A program made the translations under genes and the position numbers. Positions 54,737-63,748 of a stretch of 64,000 nt of DNA are shown in pieces; positions within the stretch are counted from its first letter, which is position 1; each line of letters starts with the position of its first letter. Under the pieces are notes generated by a model. The model ran no database searches and had not been told where the DNA came from. It was given only the letters and a program-made list of their open reading frames with translations. Origin of the DNA: Nitrosopumilaceae archaeon (GTDB lineage Archaea > Thermoproteota > Nitrososphaeria > Nitrososphaerales > Nitrosopumilaceae); the NCBI GenBank assembly GCA_024644385.1, contig JAHELB010000003.1, positions 4,223-68,222 of the forward strand. Direction: 5' to 3'.

Positions 54737-55738
54737 CTAGCTTCTTCTATCAATTACATCGTTGATGGCAGGACCTGTACCAATTATAGTAACAGGCGTC
54801 TTCAACTCTGCTTCGATATTTTCTATGAATGATTTTGCTTCATCAGAAATTTCGTCATAAGATATTTTTCCCGCGCAGGCTGGAAATAATACATCTAACT
54901 TTGTAATTGAAATTTGGGTTGCGCTGTTAAGCATTATTGCACGCCTAGCTAAGTCAAAATCAAAATCAGCCGCACGTCTTTGTCTACCTGTAACCGTTCC
55001 AAATTCGGACCAACCCTTTTTCTCCGCTTCTGCAAGTGATAGCTCCTTTGTTAAAGGTCCTGTGCCTACTCTAGTAACATATGCTTTGAAAACTACTATC
55101 ACCTCATCAACCTTTTTTGGTCCCAATCCAATATCTGCACAAATTCCTGAGGCTGTTACATCTTTTGAGGTTACAAAGGGATAAGTCCCATGCCATAATG
55201 ATAAGAAGGTACCTTGAGTCCCTTCAACCAGAACATTTTCATTTGAAGAGAGAGCAGAATTAATTTCATCAGGCACATCAATGATTAACGAGGCAAGAAC
55301 ATTGACGTCTTTTGCCATTTTTAACACCCTCATAGCTCGGTCAGCATTGGCAGGACCAGTACCTGAGCCGGTGCTACCAATTTTTTCTTTTAATTCTCCT
55401 TTCGAATCACTTGTAAGGTGTTTTTCCTCAATTATTCCACAGTGCTTATCCACAAAGGCCCTCCCTGATACACCAAAATCCTGAATTTCTTTAAGAAGAA
55501 CATCTGGATTTACCACAACACCTGGTCCAATCATTACTTTGGCGTTTTTATTTAAAAAACCACTTGGCAACATTCTAACCTTATAGACCTTTTTACCATC
55601 ATGAATTGTGTGACCAGCGTTTGGGCCTGCTCCCCCGCGAACAATGATTTTTGGATTATCTTTGATGGCAAGATATGAAATAATTTTTCCTTTTCCCTCG
55701 TCGCCAAAAAAACCACCAACGACTACAGTAGATGTCAC
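54737..55738 (-). CDS. purA: Adenylosuccinate synthetase (short archaeal form)
   Basis: GGFFGDEGKGKI and GPNAGH motifs, with TGRQRR toward the C-terminus. Confidence 0.95.
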   Translation of the reverse strand: MTSTVVVGGFFGDEGKGKIISYLAIKDNPKIIVRGGAGPNAGHTIHDGKKVYKVRMLPSGFLNKNAKVMIGPGVVVNPDVLLKEIQDFGVSGRAFVDKHCGIIEEKHLTSDSKGELKEKIGSTGSGTGPANADRAMRVLKMAKDVNVLASLIIDVPDEINSALSSNENVLVEGTQGTFLSLWHGTYPFVTSKDVTASGICADIGLGPKKVDEVIVVFKAYVTRVGTGPLTKELSLAEAEKKGWSEFGTVTGRQRRAADFDFDLARRAIMLNSATQISITKLDVLFPACAGKISYDEISDEAKSFIENIEAELKTPVTIIGTGPAINDVIDRRS

Positions 55739-55773
55739 AATTTTGAACTGAAATTCCGTTTATTTAAGCTAAA

Positions 55774-56280
55774 GTGGTGCACATGATTTATTATCAAACA
55801 GAAAATTCAACTAGAACATTGGCTGAACCAAATTATGCAGGAAACATTATAGTTATTTTAGCAAATCTTCCAGATTTTCTCAGAACACCAATCTTGAAAA
55901 AAAGAATGATGGAATTTTTTGAGATGCCAGATCCCGAAAAAAAACAGCTGATCAATAATGCTTTGGAAGCTGGGCCAACAATTCCTTTTCCAAATTTTGC
56001 AAAATTGTTTAAGACATGGTTGGAAATACTAACAGTGTTACCAGAAGATCAGAGAAGTGGTTTATTTCTTGCGTACCTTAATGAAATATCTGAACATCCC
56101 CAGAAACTAATTACTTTTAATTTAGATGGAATATTAGAGATTTTTCTATCATTGGATAAGGAGAAGCAGACCATAATTTCCCAGTCTGTTAAAAATATAA
56201 TTAATAGGTTCGAGGATGAAAGAAAAAGAAGATTACTACTAGTGATTCCTGATAATGCTCAAACCTATTTGAAACTCTAA
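55774..56280 (+). CDS. Hypothetical protein
   Basis: ORF only (GTG at 55774 or ATG at 55783). Confidence 0.5.
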   Translation: MVHMIYYQTENSTRTLAEPNYAGNIIVILANLPDFLRTPILKKRMMEFFEMPDPEKKQLINNALEAGPTIPFPNFAKLFKTWLEILTVLPEDQRSGLFLAYLNEISEHPQKLITFNLDGILEIFLSLDKEKQTIISQSVKNIINRFEDERKRRLLLVIPDNAQTYLKL

Positions 56281-56558
56281 GCGTTTGGATTTTCGTCTGG
56301 TTTTCGATTATCCTCATTGGTATAATCCACGATTTCTCCTTCTGGAGTAAGGACACCGGCAAATATTTTTTCATGTTTTTTTAAGAGTTTTCTATGATCA
56401 GGCATAGACATATCTAGCCTCATTTCATTCATTACCATTACTCGATATTCCTTCCATTCGTTCCAACACTTGGTGCAAACTGGGTATTTGCTGCCAACTG
56501 GATCTAATTCTTCATTATCAGAAATTGGATTTTTACATTTAGTACAGGTCTGACTCAT
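56277..56558 (-). CDS. YggX-like Fe(II)-trafficking/oxidative-damage protection protein with N-terminal CxxC pairs
   Basis: CWNEWKEYRVMVMNEMRLDMSMPDHRKLLKKHEKIF parallels E. coli YggX ([33 protein letters not shown]). I prefer the ATG at 56558. The longer track ORF (to 56690) runs over kinase-relic sequence. Confidence 0.6.
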   Translation of the reverse strand: MSQTCTKCKNPISDNEELDPVGSKYPVCTKCWNEWKEYRVMVMNEMRLDMSMPDHRKLLKKHEKIFAGVLTPEGEIVDYTNEDNRKPDENPNA

Positions 56559-56744
56559 ATATTGAAGCAAGAAAGAACTCTTTTTATCTTTTTTTGAATG
56601 TGGAGTATAAACACTCAGGAAAACTAATTCTTTGATGATTGTGCCACAAAATTGATCAAAAAATCCTTTGAAGGATCTTCTTGTCCTCAAAACCAGAGCC
56701 AGTCTTTGGGTTGATGCGAGAATTCTATGACTTTTAAAGTGTAG

Positions 56745-56930
56745 TTTAAAATTAAAAACGATTTAATTAAATTTAAAATATTTGAACCACTGTTTACCAC
56801 AAAAGAGGAGGGAACTGGGCTGGGTCTTGCCAGCTGTAAATCTATCATAGAATCTCATAAAGGAACAATAACAGTCTAGACAAAACCTACTACATTTAAA
56901 ATAAAATTACCAAAACCATTGAATGGGTGA
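56745..56930 (+). pseudogene. Relic of the C-terminal HATPase_c end of a sensor histidine kinase
   Basis: KIFEPLFTTKEEGTGLGLASCKSIIESHKGTITV (G2 box) ends at the TAG at 56877. It continues in frame as TKPTTFKIKLPKP (the ...GTTFxIxLP tail). There is no HisKA, N or G1 box and no start codon. Weaker relic-like sequence (LWVDARIL) lies in another frame at 56656-56730. Confidence 0.6.
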
Positions 56931-57124
56931 TCTTTCATAATTAATAAAAAACAAAATATTTTTTCTGAACTATATTGATACGAAATAGGTTGGATTCAGG
57001 AAAATCTAGTTACGGCTTAGTCATAAAGAAGAGAATATCTTTTAGAAAATAGAGGAGATTTACTATGTTTTTTTAATTTGTTAACTAAAGGAAATTTATA
57101 GAATCAACTAGTATGGAATATTGA

Positions 57125-57871
57125 TTGACAGAAGATAATAGAAAAGTTCTTCCAAAGGACTTTGGTTCAGATTTTAGTCTACCTGGTCGCCTAGAGGAGG
57201 GCAATTCAGAGTATTTTGACGTAGAACCCATAAAGCCCAAACCAAAAAACCGTGCCATTTTGGTATTTGCATTGGCTTTTGTTCTAGTTGCAGCTGGGTT
57301 TTTTTCATATTATTTTATTAATCAAAGTGAGATTGACTCGAAGATTATTCAGAATAGAATCAATGATCCTGAAAGGAAGCTAGTAAACCAGTATGGTGTA
57401 GGTCGATATGGAAGTGACCACGCGCATGCTGCCATGGCTATTTTTATCGATGAGGAACAGCTAAATTTTGGATTGTCTCAATTTCAGGTTACCAGTAGGT
57501 ACATCCACTTTGAAAATCATAATCCATACCAAATTCACAAGCATGCAACCAACGTTCCATTGGAAATGTTGTTTTCCTCAATTGGAATGAAAATAACACC
57601 AGAGTGTATTATCTTGAATGATGGAGTATCTGCAGAGATGATAGCTGGTAAATTTTGTTCAGGACAAGACCAATCCTTGGCGGTTTATATCAATGGAGAG
57701 CAATATTATTCGGATATCTCCCAGTATGAGATTAACCATAATGACCGAATATTGATTTCCTTTGGTGATGTTGAATCAATCTCAAAGCAGCTATTGTATT
57801 TGGATTCTTTGAGAATTTTTGATGTTCCAAAGCAGACCCCGCAGTATTCAGGAAATGATATTTCGGTCTGA
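57125..57871 (+). CDS. Membrane-anchored hypothetical protein with His-rich motifs
   Basis: TTG start and one TM helix. DHAHAAMAIFIDEEQLNF...IHFENHNPYQIHKHA suggests a metal-binding beta domain. Confidence 0.55.
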   Translation: MTEDNRKVLPKDFGSDFSLPGRLEEGNSEYFDVEPIKPKPKNRAILVFALAFVLVAAGFFSYYFINQSEIDSKIIQNRINDPERKLVNQYGVGRYGSDHAHAAMAIFIDEEQLNFGLSQFQVTSRYIHFENHNPYQIHKHATNVPLEMLFSSIGMKITPECIILNDGVSAEMIAGKFCSGQDQSLAVYINGEQYYSDISQYEINHNDRILISFGDVESISKQLLYLDSLRIFDVPKQTPQYSGNDISV

Positions 57872-57991
57872 AACAAGGATCTTTTTTAGGCAGTTCAATT
57901 CCTAGAATAGTTTGAAATTTTTTTTCATAAAATGTATTTCCTCTATTCTATACATAAAATTTAAGAAAATCAAACGTCATATAATATAAGG

Positions 57992-58246
57992 TCAGATTTT
58001 TCTGCTGTTATATCCAAATAAAATTATTACAAGACTTGTACCCCATAAGAAAAGGTTCCCCACAATATATGATATGGAGAATGGTTCTGGTCCGGAAATC
58101 ATATACCAACCAACTATCGTGGTAATTCCAAATAATATTATTCCCAGGGTAATTAATCCCTTGGTCACTGCTTTATTTTCTGTAACTTCTATTGGACTAA
58201 ATACACCATTACTTGAATAATCGGTATAGCTATCTAATTTATTCAT
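57992..58246 (-). CDS. Small membrane protein (2 TM)
   Basis: Hydrophobic ORF. Confidence 0.45.
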   Translation of the reverse strand: MNKLDSYTDYSSNGVFSPIEVTENKAVTKGLITLGIILFGITTIVGWYMISGPEPFSISYIVGNLFLWGTSLVIILFGYNSRKI

Positions 58247-58760
58247 GATTTTATTTTTAATGAAAGTATATGAAAATTTGTAGTACAGTAGATTACAACA
58301 CGTCTTAATTTATTTTTACATATTACACTAACCATAATTTTCAACTAAGATTGAAATTGTGTTGGATAATCTTTAAAAGGTCGAAAGGAGATTATGGTAT
58401 AAAAAAATTGAATAACCAAGTCAAACAATATGCGAAGATTCAAAAAGAATGAATTGTACCAAAGAATGTGAAGGCCATGAACGAATATAGTGGTGACAAA
58501 AGTCAAGATGAATTGAAATTATTTCTCCACCAAACAAACTTTACGTTATAATCTGGATTAGGATGATTTTTTGTGCGTAGAAAGAGGTGCGCATTTTTTT
58601 ATTAACGGCTAATAAACTTGTTAACCCTTTAACCGAAAATAATCCCATAAACCAGTTCCACCAGGTTGAGAATAAATTTTCCCTCAAATATTCAAAAATA
58701 TGAAAAACAATCCAATTTGTGAATGTAAAGTAATAATAGTTAACAAGGACAAAATTAAAT

Positions 58761-58970
58761 GTGAAGATAAAGTGTCCAAAATGCAAAGAAAATGCAGAAT
58801 TGGCAATGGATTTTTCTATAGTTACATGTGATCATTGTAATTTAGATATGAGTTATGGGGAATATGTGAAATATGTAGCTCACAATCAGAAAACGTATTC
58901 TGATATTCTTGGAGACTATGCCGGAAGCACAGAGGGACAAACTGCAGGATCCTTGGATGAATGGGATTAA
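58761..58970 (+). CDS. Small zinc-ribbon protein
   Basis: GTG start. MKIKCPKCKENAEL...VTCDHCNL has two CxxC pairs. Confidence 0.55.
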   Translation: MKIKCPKCKENAELAMDFSIVTCDHCNLDMSYGEYVKYVAHNQKTYSDILGDYAGSTEGQTAGSLDEWD

Positions 58971-59029
58971 CAAATGAAAAAAACATCCATCAGATTAAAA
59001 TAATTAGTTTTTGCTATTTCTAACCAGAG

Positions 59030-59671
59030 TTGGAATTTTTATTAGAAAACATTCTAAACCTTGTTGGATTTCTAGTAGGATTGATAATTGGAATTGTCTC
59101 TATAATTGGTTATAGAAACACAGGAAGTCCGACCTTGTTTAGATTGGCAATCGCATTTTGTTCTATCAGTGCTGGATTTTTCGTAATATGGACGGGATAT
59201 ATGGTAGAAGATTTTGTGCTAAAGGCAGGACATTTAGAGAGATGGATACAAACCCTTGGCATTGCAATCCAAACTGTAGGTTACTTTTTCATAGCATTTT
59301 CTCACAGCATTAAATCTCTTTTTCCAAAATCTAGATACTTTAGATCAATTGGAATCTTTCCATTGTTCTTAGTCTCTTCAGTACAAATAGAACACATCTT
59401 TAGATCAGTATCTTTTATCTTGTTGGCATATGGTGCCATTGAAACTACTTTATCCTATTTAGAAAATCGAAATAAAGGGGCCATTTCAGTTGCTTTAGGG
59501 CTGTCTTTATTGGCGTTAGGTGAATTTCTGGGATGGTATTCCTTTGTATTTCCAGAATCTGTATTGTATTTTGTATCAATGATTATCAAAATAGCTGGAT
59601 TGATAGCACTTTTCATTCCAGTGAGCAAGATACCCCTCACCAAAATAAAATTTGATGAAAGCTTTGATTAG
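59030..59671 (+). CDS. Seven-TM integral membrane protein, unknown function
   Basis: TTG start. Seven hydrophobic segments by eye. Confidence 0.6.
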   Translation: MEFLLENILNLVGFLVGLIIGIVSIIGYRNTGSPTLFRLAIAFCSISAGFFVIWTGYMVEDFVLKAGHLERWIQTLGIAIQTVGYFFIAFSHSIKSLFPKSRYFRSIGIFPLFLVSSVQIEHIFRSVSFILLAYGAIETTLSYLENRNKGAISVALGLSLLALGEFLGWYSFVFPESVLYFVSMIIKIAGLIALFIPVSKIPLTKIKFDESFD

Positions 59672-59791
59672 GAAAAACTAGGCTCAATTTTTTTGATAAA
59701 TCAAATTTGTCAAATTCTTTTATCTTTTTGGTATATTGGAAAATAGCATGCCACTATCATAGAAATTATTAAAATAATCAATAGAGAAAAA

Positions 59792-60079
59792 ATGGTAGAG
59801 TATCGAACTCATATGAAGATAATTGGAGATATTCTTTCAACTACCCGTGACGATCTCCAAGATGAAGATGGAGCCACTGTAACTTATCTAATTAGAAAAG
59901 CGAATGTGTCTCATTCAAGAATATCCAGAATATTATCAGTTCTAGTATCCCAAGGATTGCTAGAAAAAGTTGATTCGCAGGGTTCACATAAATACAAAAT
60001 TAGTCAGACAGGAAGAGAGTTTTTGCAAGCATATCATAAATTTAGCGGCTTTGCCATTAATTTTGGTCTGACTATCTAA
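59792..60079 (+). CDS. Winged-helix DNA-binding protein (HTH_45-like)
   Basis: IIGDILSTT...GATVTYLIRKANVSHSRISRILSVLVSQGLLEKV. Confidence 0.65.
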   Translation: MVEYRTHMKIIGDILSTTRDDLQDEDGATVTYLIRKANVSHSRISRILSVLVSQGLLEKVDSQGSHKYKISQTGREFLQAYHKFSGFAINFGLTI

Positions 60080-60244
60080 TCCTCTGGTTCCTCAGTTTCA
60101 TCTGAATCATCATCAAATTCATCCTCAAATTCATTATCTTCGTATTCTGAAGAGTTACTCGTCATTTTAAAATTATATTTTCTTGAGATTAAAAACCTAT
60201 TCAAATGAAAATGAATAATTAAAGAACAAAGTCAGGTAATTCAA

Positions 60245-60844
60245 TTGAAAATAAATTGTAATACAGAGGGTATTGACAAAGCAACCAAAGTTGTAAAGGA
60301 TGGCGGAATTGTGGTTTTTCCTACAGATACTGTTTATGGAATAGGATGCGATCCTTACAATGAAAAATCAGTGGATAGAATTTATCAAATCAAAAAAAGA
60401 CCCAAATCAAAGCCCTTCCCGGTTTTGACTTTTTCAATCAATATGGCAACTAAAATTGTTGATTTTGATAATGATTCTAAAAAAATAGCTGAAAGGTTTT
60501 GGCCTGGCCCTTTAACGTTGGTATTAAAATTAAAAGATGAAAGATTGAGAAAGACTTTAAATTTGCAAGAAAAAATTGCTGTCCGAGTTCCAAATAACAA
60601 ATGTTTGCTAAACCTATTGAAAAATACTAAATTTTTAATCGGAACAAGTGCAAATAATTCTGGGGAAGATTCATTTACAAACTCTGACGATTGCTATCAA
60701 AAAATGAACGGATTTGATGTTTTTTTAGATGATGGAGATATTAAAGATGGTAAAGAATCAACAATTCTAGAAATGATACAAGGAAACCCAATTTTTCATA
60801 GAATAGGGGCCTTGAAAAAAGAGGAGATTATAGAAACTTTTTGA
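60245..60844 (+). CDS. tsaC: L-threonylcarbamoyladenylate synthase (TsaC/YrdC-domain, Sua5 family)
   Basis: TTG start. VVFPTDTVYGIGCDPYN, RIYQIKKRPKSKPF and TSANNSG motifs. Confidence 0.85.
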   Translation: MKINCNTEGIDKATKVVKDGGIVVFPTDTVYGIGCDPYNEKSVDRIYQIKKRPKSKPFPVLTFSINMATKIVDFDNDSKKIAERFWPGPLTLVLKLKDERLRKTLNLQEKIAVRVPNNKCLLNLLKNTKFLIGTSANNSGEDSFTNSDDCYQKMNGFDVFLDDGDIKDGKESTILEMIQGNPIFHRIGALKKEEIIETF

Positions 60845-61362
60845 ATTTATTAATTACATGTGCTAGACATTTGGAACCAGAAACCCAAGAGGAAATTATG
60901 AGAATTCTAGAGGATTTGGGGGATTCTGAACCTAAAATTTTGATTTCAAGCATGTCAGGAATTTTAACAGTAAAAACAAAATTAGATCCATTTATGGTCG
61001 TAAAAAAGATACGTGAATCAATAATCGATGAACCTTGGAGCGTCAGATATTGTCTTCGAATAATACCCATACAAAGGGTAACTGAAACAAAAATCGAAGA
61101 TATGGAACGAGAAATTTCAGATTTATTAGGATTAATTTCAGAGGGAGAATCTTATAGAATATCAATAGAAAAAAGAAATTCTGATGTTTCAAGTAAAGAA
61201 CTGATCACAAGGGTGGCCAAGATTATTAAAAATAAAGTTTCATTAGAAAATCCAGATAAGATTATACAAATTGAGATTTTAGGAGCAAGGACAGGTATCT
61301 CTATTTTAAATAAATTTGATATTTTAAGCGTTGAAAAAACAAAAAGAAGTTTATCCGAGTAG
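60841..61362 (+). CDS. THUMP-domain protein
   Basis: TTG start overlapping the tsaC stop. Size and pattern fit stand-alone archaeal THUMP proteins (LLITCARHLE...YRISIEKRN...). Confidence 0.65.
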   Translation: MNLLITCARHLEPETQEEIMRILEDLGDSEPKILISSMSGILTVKTKLDPFMVVKKIRESIIDEPWSVRYCLRIIPIQRVTETKIEDMEREISDLLGLISEGESYRISIEKRNSDVSSKELITRVAKIIKNKVSLENPDKIIQIEILGARTGISILNKFDILSVEKTKRSLSE

Positions 61363-62127
61363 AATAGCTCCTTTTTCAATTAAAAGATCTTCTAAAGGAG
61401 TCTTGGAGTAAATTGAATCTAATTGTTTTTTTGTTATTTTAAAGTATTTTTTTAAAAATGATGAGTGGTCTTTAGAAAAAATTTCAATTATCAGTGGATT
61501 TAATTTTCGATATAGCTTTTCCAATTCAGTTTTGTTCCCTATAGCAATCAAAATAAAATTATTTTTGGGTTTAATTCCTACTGACATTATTGCATCTCCA
61601 ATCTGTTTTGTAGCTGCAAAACGCAACAGAATATCTGTTTCAAGTTTATTTGAAAGCAAGATATTTTCCTGCTCAGATTTGATTGATATGAAAAGAATTT
61701 TTTTTAAATGATATGAATTTAGAATAAATTTACTTGAAATTGCTTGTAATTTCAATTTTGGAAAATCTTTTCTAAGGGTTTCTAAAAAGGAAACACCGAT
61801 TTTTTTACTTCCCTTTATCTCAACAATTTGAATTAATTTTTTCCCAACTTTAAGTCCAATTTTTTTATTAGATCCACCATGAATAATAGGAATAATACTC
61901 ACAAGATCACTGTTTTTTACTAGAGTCTTTTTACCCTCCATTGAAGAAGAATCTGCCCCATTAATCGCTATTAGAATATTGTTGGTGTCAAGGTCAGGTG
62001 TATTTTTTGGTTTAATTTTTAAGATTAAATCTAGTAATTTATCAATTGTAATGGTATCTATTTCTAATTCTAATTCCTCTGAGGAAAACAATTTTTTTGC
62101 CCCTCCAACTAGTTTTACAGTTACCAT
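61351..62127 (-). CDS. Fusion of a MoaD/ThiS/SAMP-like ubiquitin-fold domain (aa 1-85, ending IIHGG) to KEOPS subunit Cgi121 (aa ~86-258)
   Basis: The N-terminus MVTVKLVGGAKKLF...LVKNSDLVSIIPIIHGG is MoaD-like. The C-terminus LETDILLRFAATKQIGDAIMSVGIKPKNNFILIAIG...EDLLIEKGAIL parallels M. jannaschii Cgi121 (WMEILVRASGQRQIHEAIKIIGAKDGNVCLI...). Confidence 0.6.
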   Translation of the reverse strand: MVTVKLVGGAKKLFSSEELELEIDTITIDKLLDLILKIKPKNTPDLDTNNILIAINGADSSSMEGKKTLVKNSDLVSIIPIIHGGSNKKIGLKVGKKLIQIVEIKGSKKIGVSFLETLRKDFPKLKLQAISSKFILNSYHLKKILFISIKSEQENILLSNKLETDILLRFAATKQIGDAIMSVGIKPKNNFILIAIGNKTELEKLYRKLNPLIIEIFSKDHSSFLKKYFKITKKQLDSIYSKTPLEDLLIEKGAILLG

Positions 62128-62168
62128 ATTTTGATTAATTAAGGTGAGGAATTTAATTTTTTGAAAAA

Positions 62169-62564
62169 TTAATCGGTTTTTTCTTCTGTTGGTTCTGGGG
62201 TTTCTGGAGCATCTATGGAATCATCACCAATTTCAATAACTTTTTCTTCTGATTCTATAGCTGAATTTGTATCAATTTCGATTATTTCCTCAGTAGGTGC
62301 ACTTTCATCGATTAAAGAATCCTCTTTGGACTGGTTTAATTCTTGTTCAAGGTTTTCTTTTTTTATAAATTTAGTGATATAACCTGCGACTCTATTCTTT
62401 AATCCCTTTGAGCGGATAATGGCAAGGTTCCCTAATAATTTTTTATTGTCAGCAAAATTTTCATTAAATTTTGATTTGTGTTGGTTCATTACTTCATATG
62501 AAAGTCGCTTAATCCTATCCATTCTTCCATTACTAAACTGGGGTTTTTTATACCTATATTCCAA
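62169..62564 (-). CDS. rps17e: 30S ribosomal protein S17e with an acidic C-terminal extension
   Basis: DRIKRLSYEVMNQHKSKFNENFADNKKLL...LKNRVAGYITKF matches the eS17 core. Confidence 0.85.
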   Translation of the reverse strand: MEYRYKKPQFSNGRMDRIKRLSYEVMNQHKSKFNENFADNKKLLGNLAIIRSKGLKNRVAGYITKFIKKENLEQELNQSKEDSLIDESAPTEEIIEIDTNSAIESEEKVIEIGDDSIDAPETPEPTEEKTD

Positions 62565-63309
62565 GAAAATTTTTGGAATTTGTCTCTAGTATTGATGCCA
62601 TTTCATCATACTTTATGTTTAAAATTTTAGAAGAACAAAAAACCACGCTTGGGATAAAACCTATTTGTGCTTGTTTTAATTCAAAACACCTAGAAAACCT
62701 GACAGGACCATCGGTTTCTACAAGAATTTTATCTTGATCAGTTTTAGTTAATAGATTCTGTTTATCGTTTGCATAAACCATAACAGGTCCATAGGATACA
62801 AAAAAATTCATATCCATTGCCCTTTGTAGTTGTTTCTTGTTACCATCAAACCAATGGAGTAATGCATTTTTCGTACTAAACGAAGTCATTATTTCAAATA
62901 TATCATCAAGGCTTTTTCTTGAATGAATGGATATAGGTTTCTGATGTTTTTCCGCAATAGAGAGTAAAGACTCAAAAATATTAATCTGATTTTTTTTATC
63001 TTCCTCTGATTTAGTATAAGTTGGATCTAAACCAATTTCCCCTATTCCTGAAATAATACTAGAGTTCTCCTCTATCAATTCAATCATCTTATCTAAATTA
63101 TCATTTGCACATTCCGGATGAATTCCAATAAAAGGTAAAATCAAATTACTTTTTTTGGCAATTTCTAAGGTTCTTAGAGAGTTCGTTCTATCCATGGAGA
63201 CACAACATGCCTTGATTTTCATGACTTCCATTCCTTGGATTATATGATTTAGATCTTTTTGAAATTCAGGATCGGAGAGATGAATGTGAGAATCAAATAA
63301 CCATGTCAT
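62554..63309 (-). CDS. TatD-family metal-dependent hydrolase
   Basis: FDSHIHL, GEIGLD, SIHSR and ETDGP motifs. Confidence 0.9.
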   Translation of the reverse strand: MTWLFDSHIHLSDPEFQKDLNHIIQGMEVMKIKACCVSMDRTNSLRTLEIAKKSNLILPFIGIHPECANDNLDKMIELIEENSSIISGIGEIGLDPTYTKSEEDKKNQINIFESLLSIAEKHQKPISIHSRKSLDDIFEIMTSFSTKNALLHWFDGNKKQLQRAMDMNFFVSYGPVMVYANDKQNLLTKTDQDKILVETDGPVRFSRCFELKQAQIGFIPSVVFCSSKILNIKYDEMASILETNSKNFLGI

Positions 63310-63405
63310 TATTTAGTAATTTTAAAAATAGTCTGTATAAATCGATTTCTTGGTGATATTTTTTCACTCATAATCTTTTACCATGATATACAAAAACTCC
63401 AAGTA

Positions 63406-63627
63406 ATGAAATCTTCTGAATTAGGTCTTTCGGCAATGTATAGAATTTTGAAAAAAGCCGGAGCAGAACGAGTTAGTGACGAATCAGCAGATGAACTACG
63501 CCGAATTATAGAGAATGTAGCTATCGAAATTGCAAAAAGTGCTGTAGATATGTCATCTCATGCAGGAAGAAAAACAGTTAAAGCTGAAGACGTAAAACTT
63601 GCTTCAAAACCATTTACCAAATTCTAA
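63406..63627 (+). CDS. Archaeal histone (HMf family)
   Basis: LSAMYRILKKAGAERVSDESADELRRIIENVAIEIAKSAVDMSSHAGRKTVKAEDVKLA is a histone fold. Confidence 0.9.
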   Translation: MKSSELGLSAMYRILKKAGAERVSDESADELRRIIENVAIEIAKSAVDMSSHAGRKTVKAEDVKLASKPFTKF

Positions 63628-63666
63628 TCTAAAGAGTTTAATTATTCATTTTGTGTTTTTTAAAAC

Positions 63667-63738
63667 GGTACTCTGGCAGAACGGTTATGCGTGAGCCTGC
63701 AAAGCTTATACAAGGGGGTTCGACTCCCTCGGGTACCT
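63667..63738 (+). tRNA. tRNA-Cys (anticodon GCA), with discriminator U73 and no encoded CCA
   Basis: Hand-folded. Acceptor stem is GGTACTC/GGGTACC, and the anticodon stem TGAGC/GCTTA carries the loop CTGCAAA. The T arm is GGGGG-TTCGACT-CCCTC. A TATA-like tttaattatt lies at 63638-63647 and an oligo-T run follows at 63738-63743. Confidence 0.9.
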
Positions 63739-63748
63739 TTTTTAAAAC

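Noticed and set aside
58541-58831. 81-aa minus-strand ORF, and a 43-aa plus-strand Cys-containing ORF (58700-58831) overlapping the start of the 58761 zinc-ribbon gene
   Set aside because: The 58761 frame has two clean CxxC pairs. The alternatives are Phe/Asn-rich or irregular, and they overlap that gene.
59030-59671. Idea that the 7-TM protein is a rhodopsin-like photoreceptor, based on a Lys in the last TM (MIIKIAGL)
   Set aside because: The protein is only 213 aa and has none of the retinal-pocket motifs such as the TM3 RYxDW or DTD-type triads. A single Lys is not evidence.
60076-60165. 29-aa extremely acidic minus-strand ORF (MTSNSSEYEDNEFEDEFDDDSDETEEPED) overlapping the stop of the wHTH gene
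   Set aside because: It is intriguing as a possible DNA-mimic-like peptide. However, I see no start context, conservation or motif evidence, and it could arise by chance in a purine/pyrimidine-skewed stretch.
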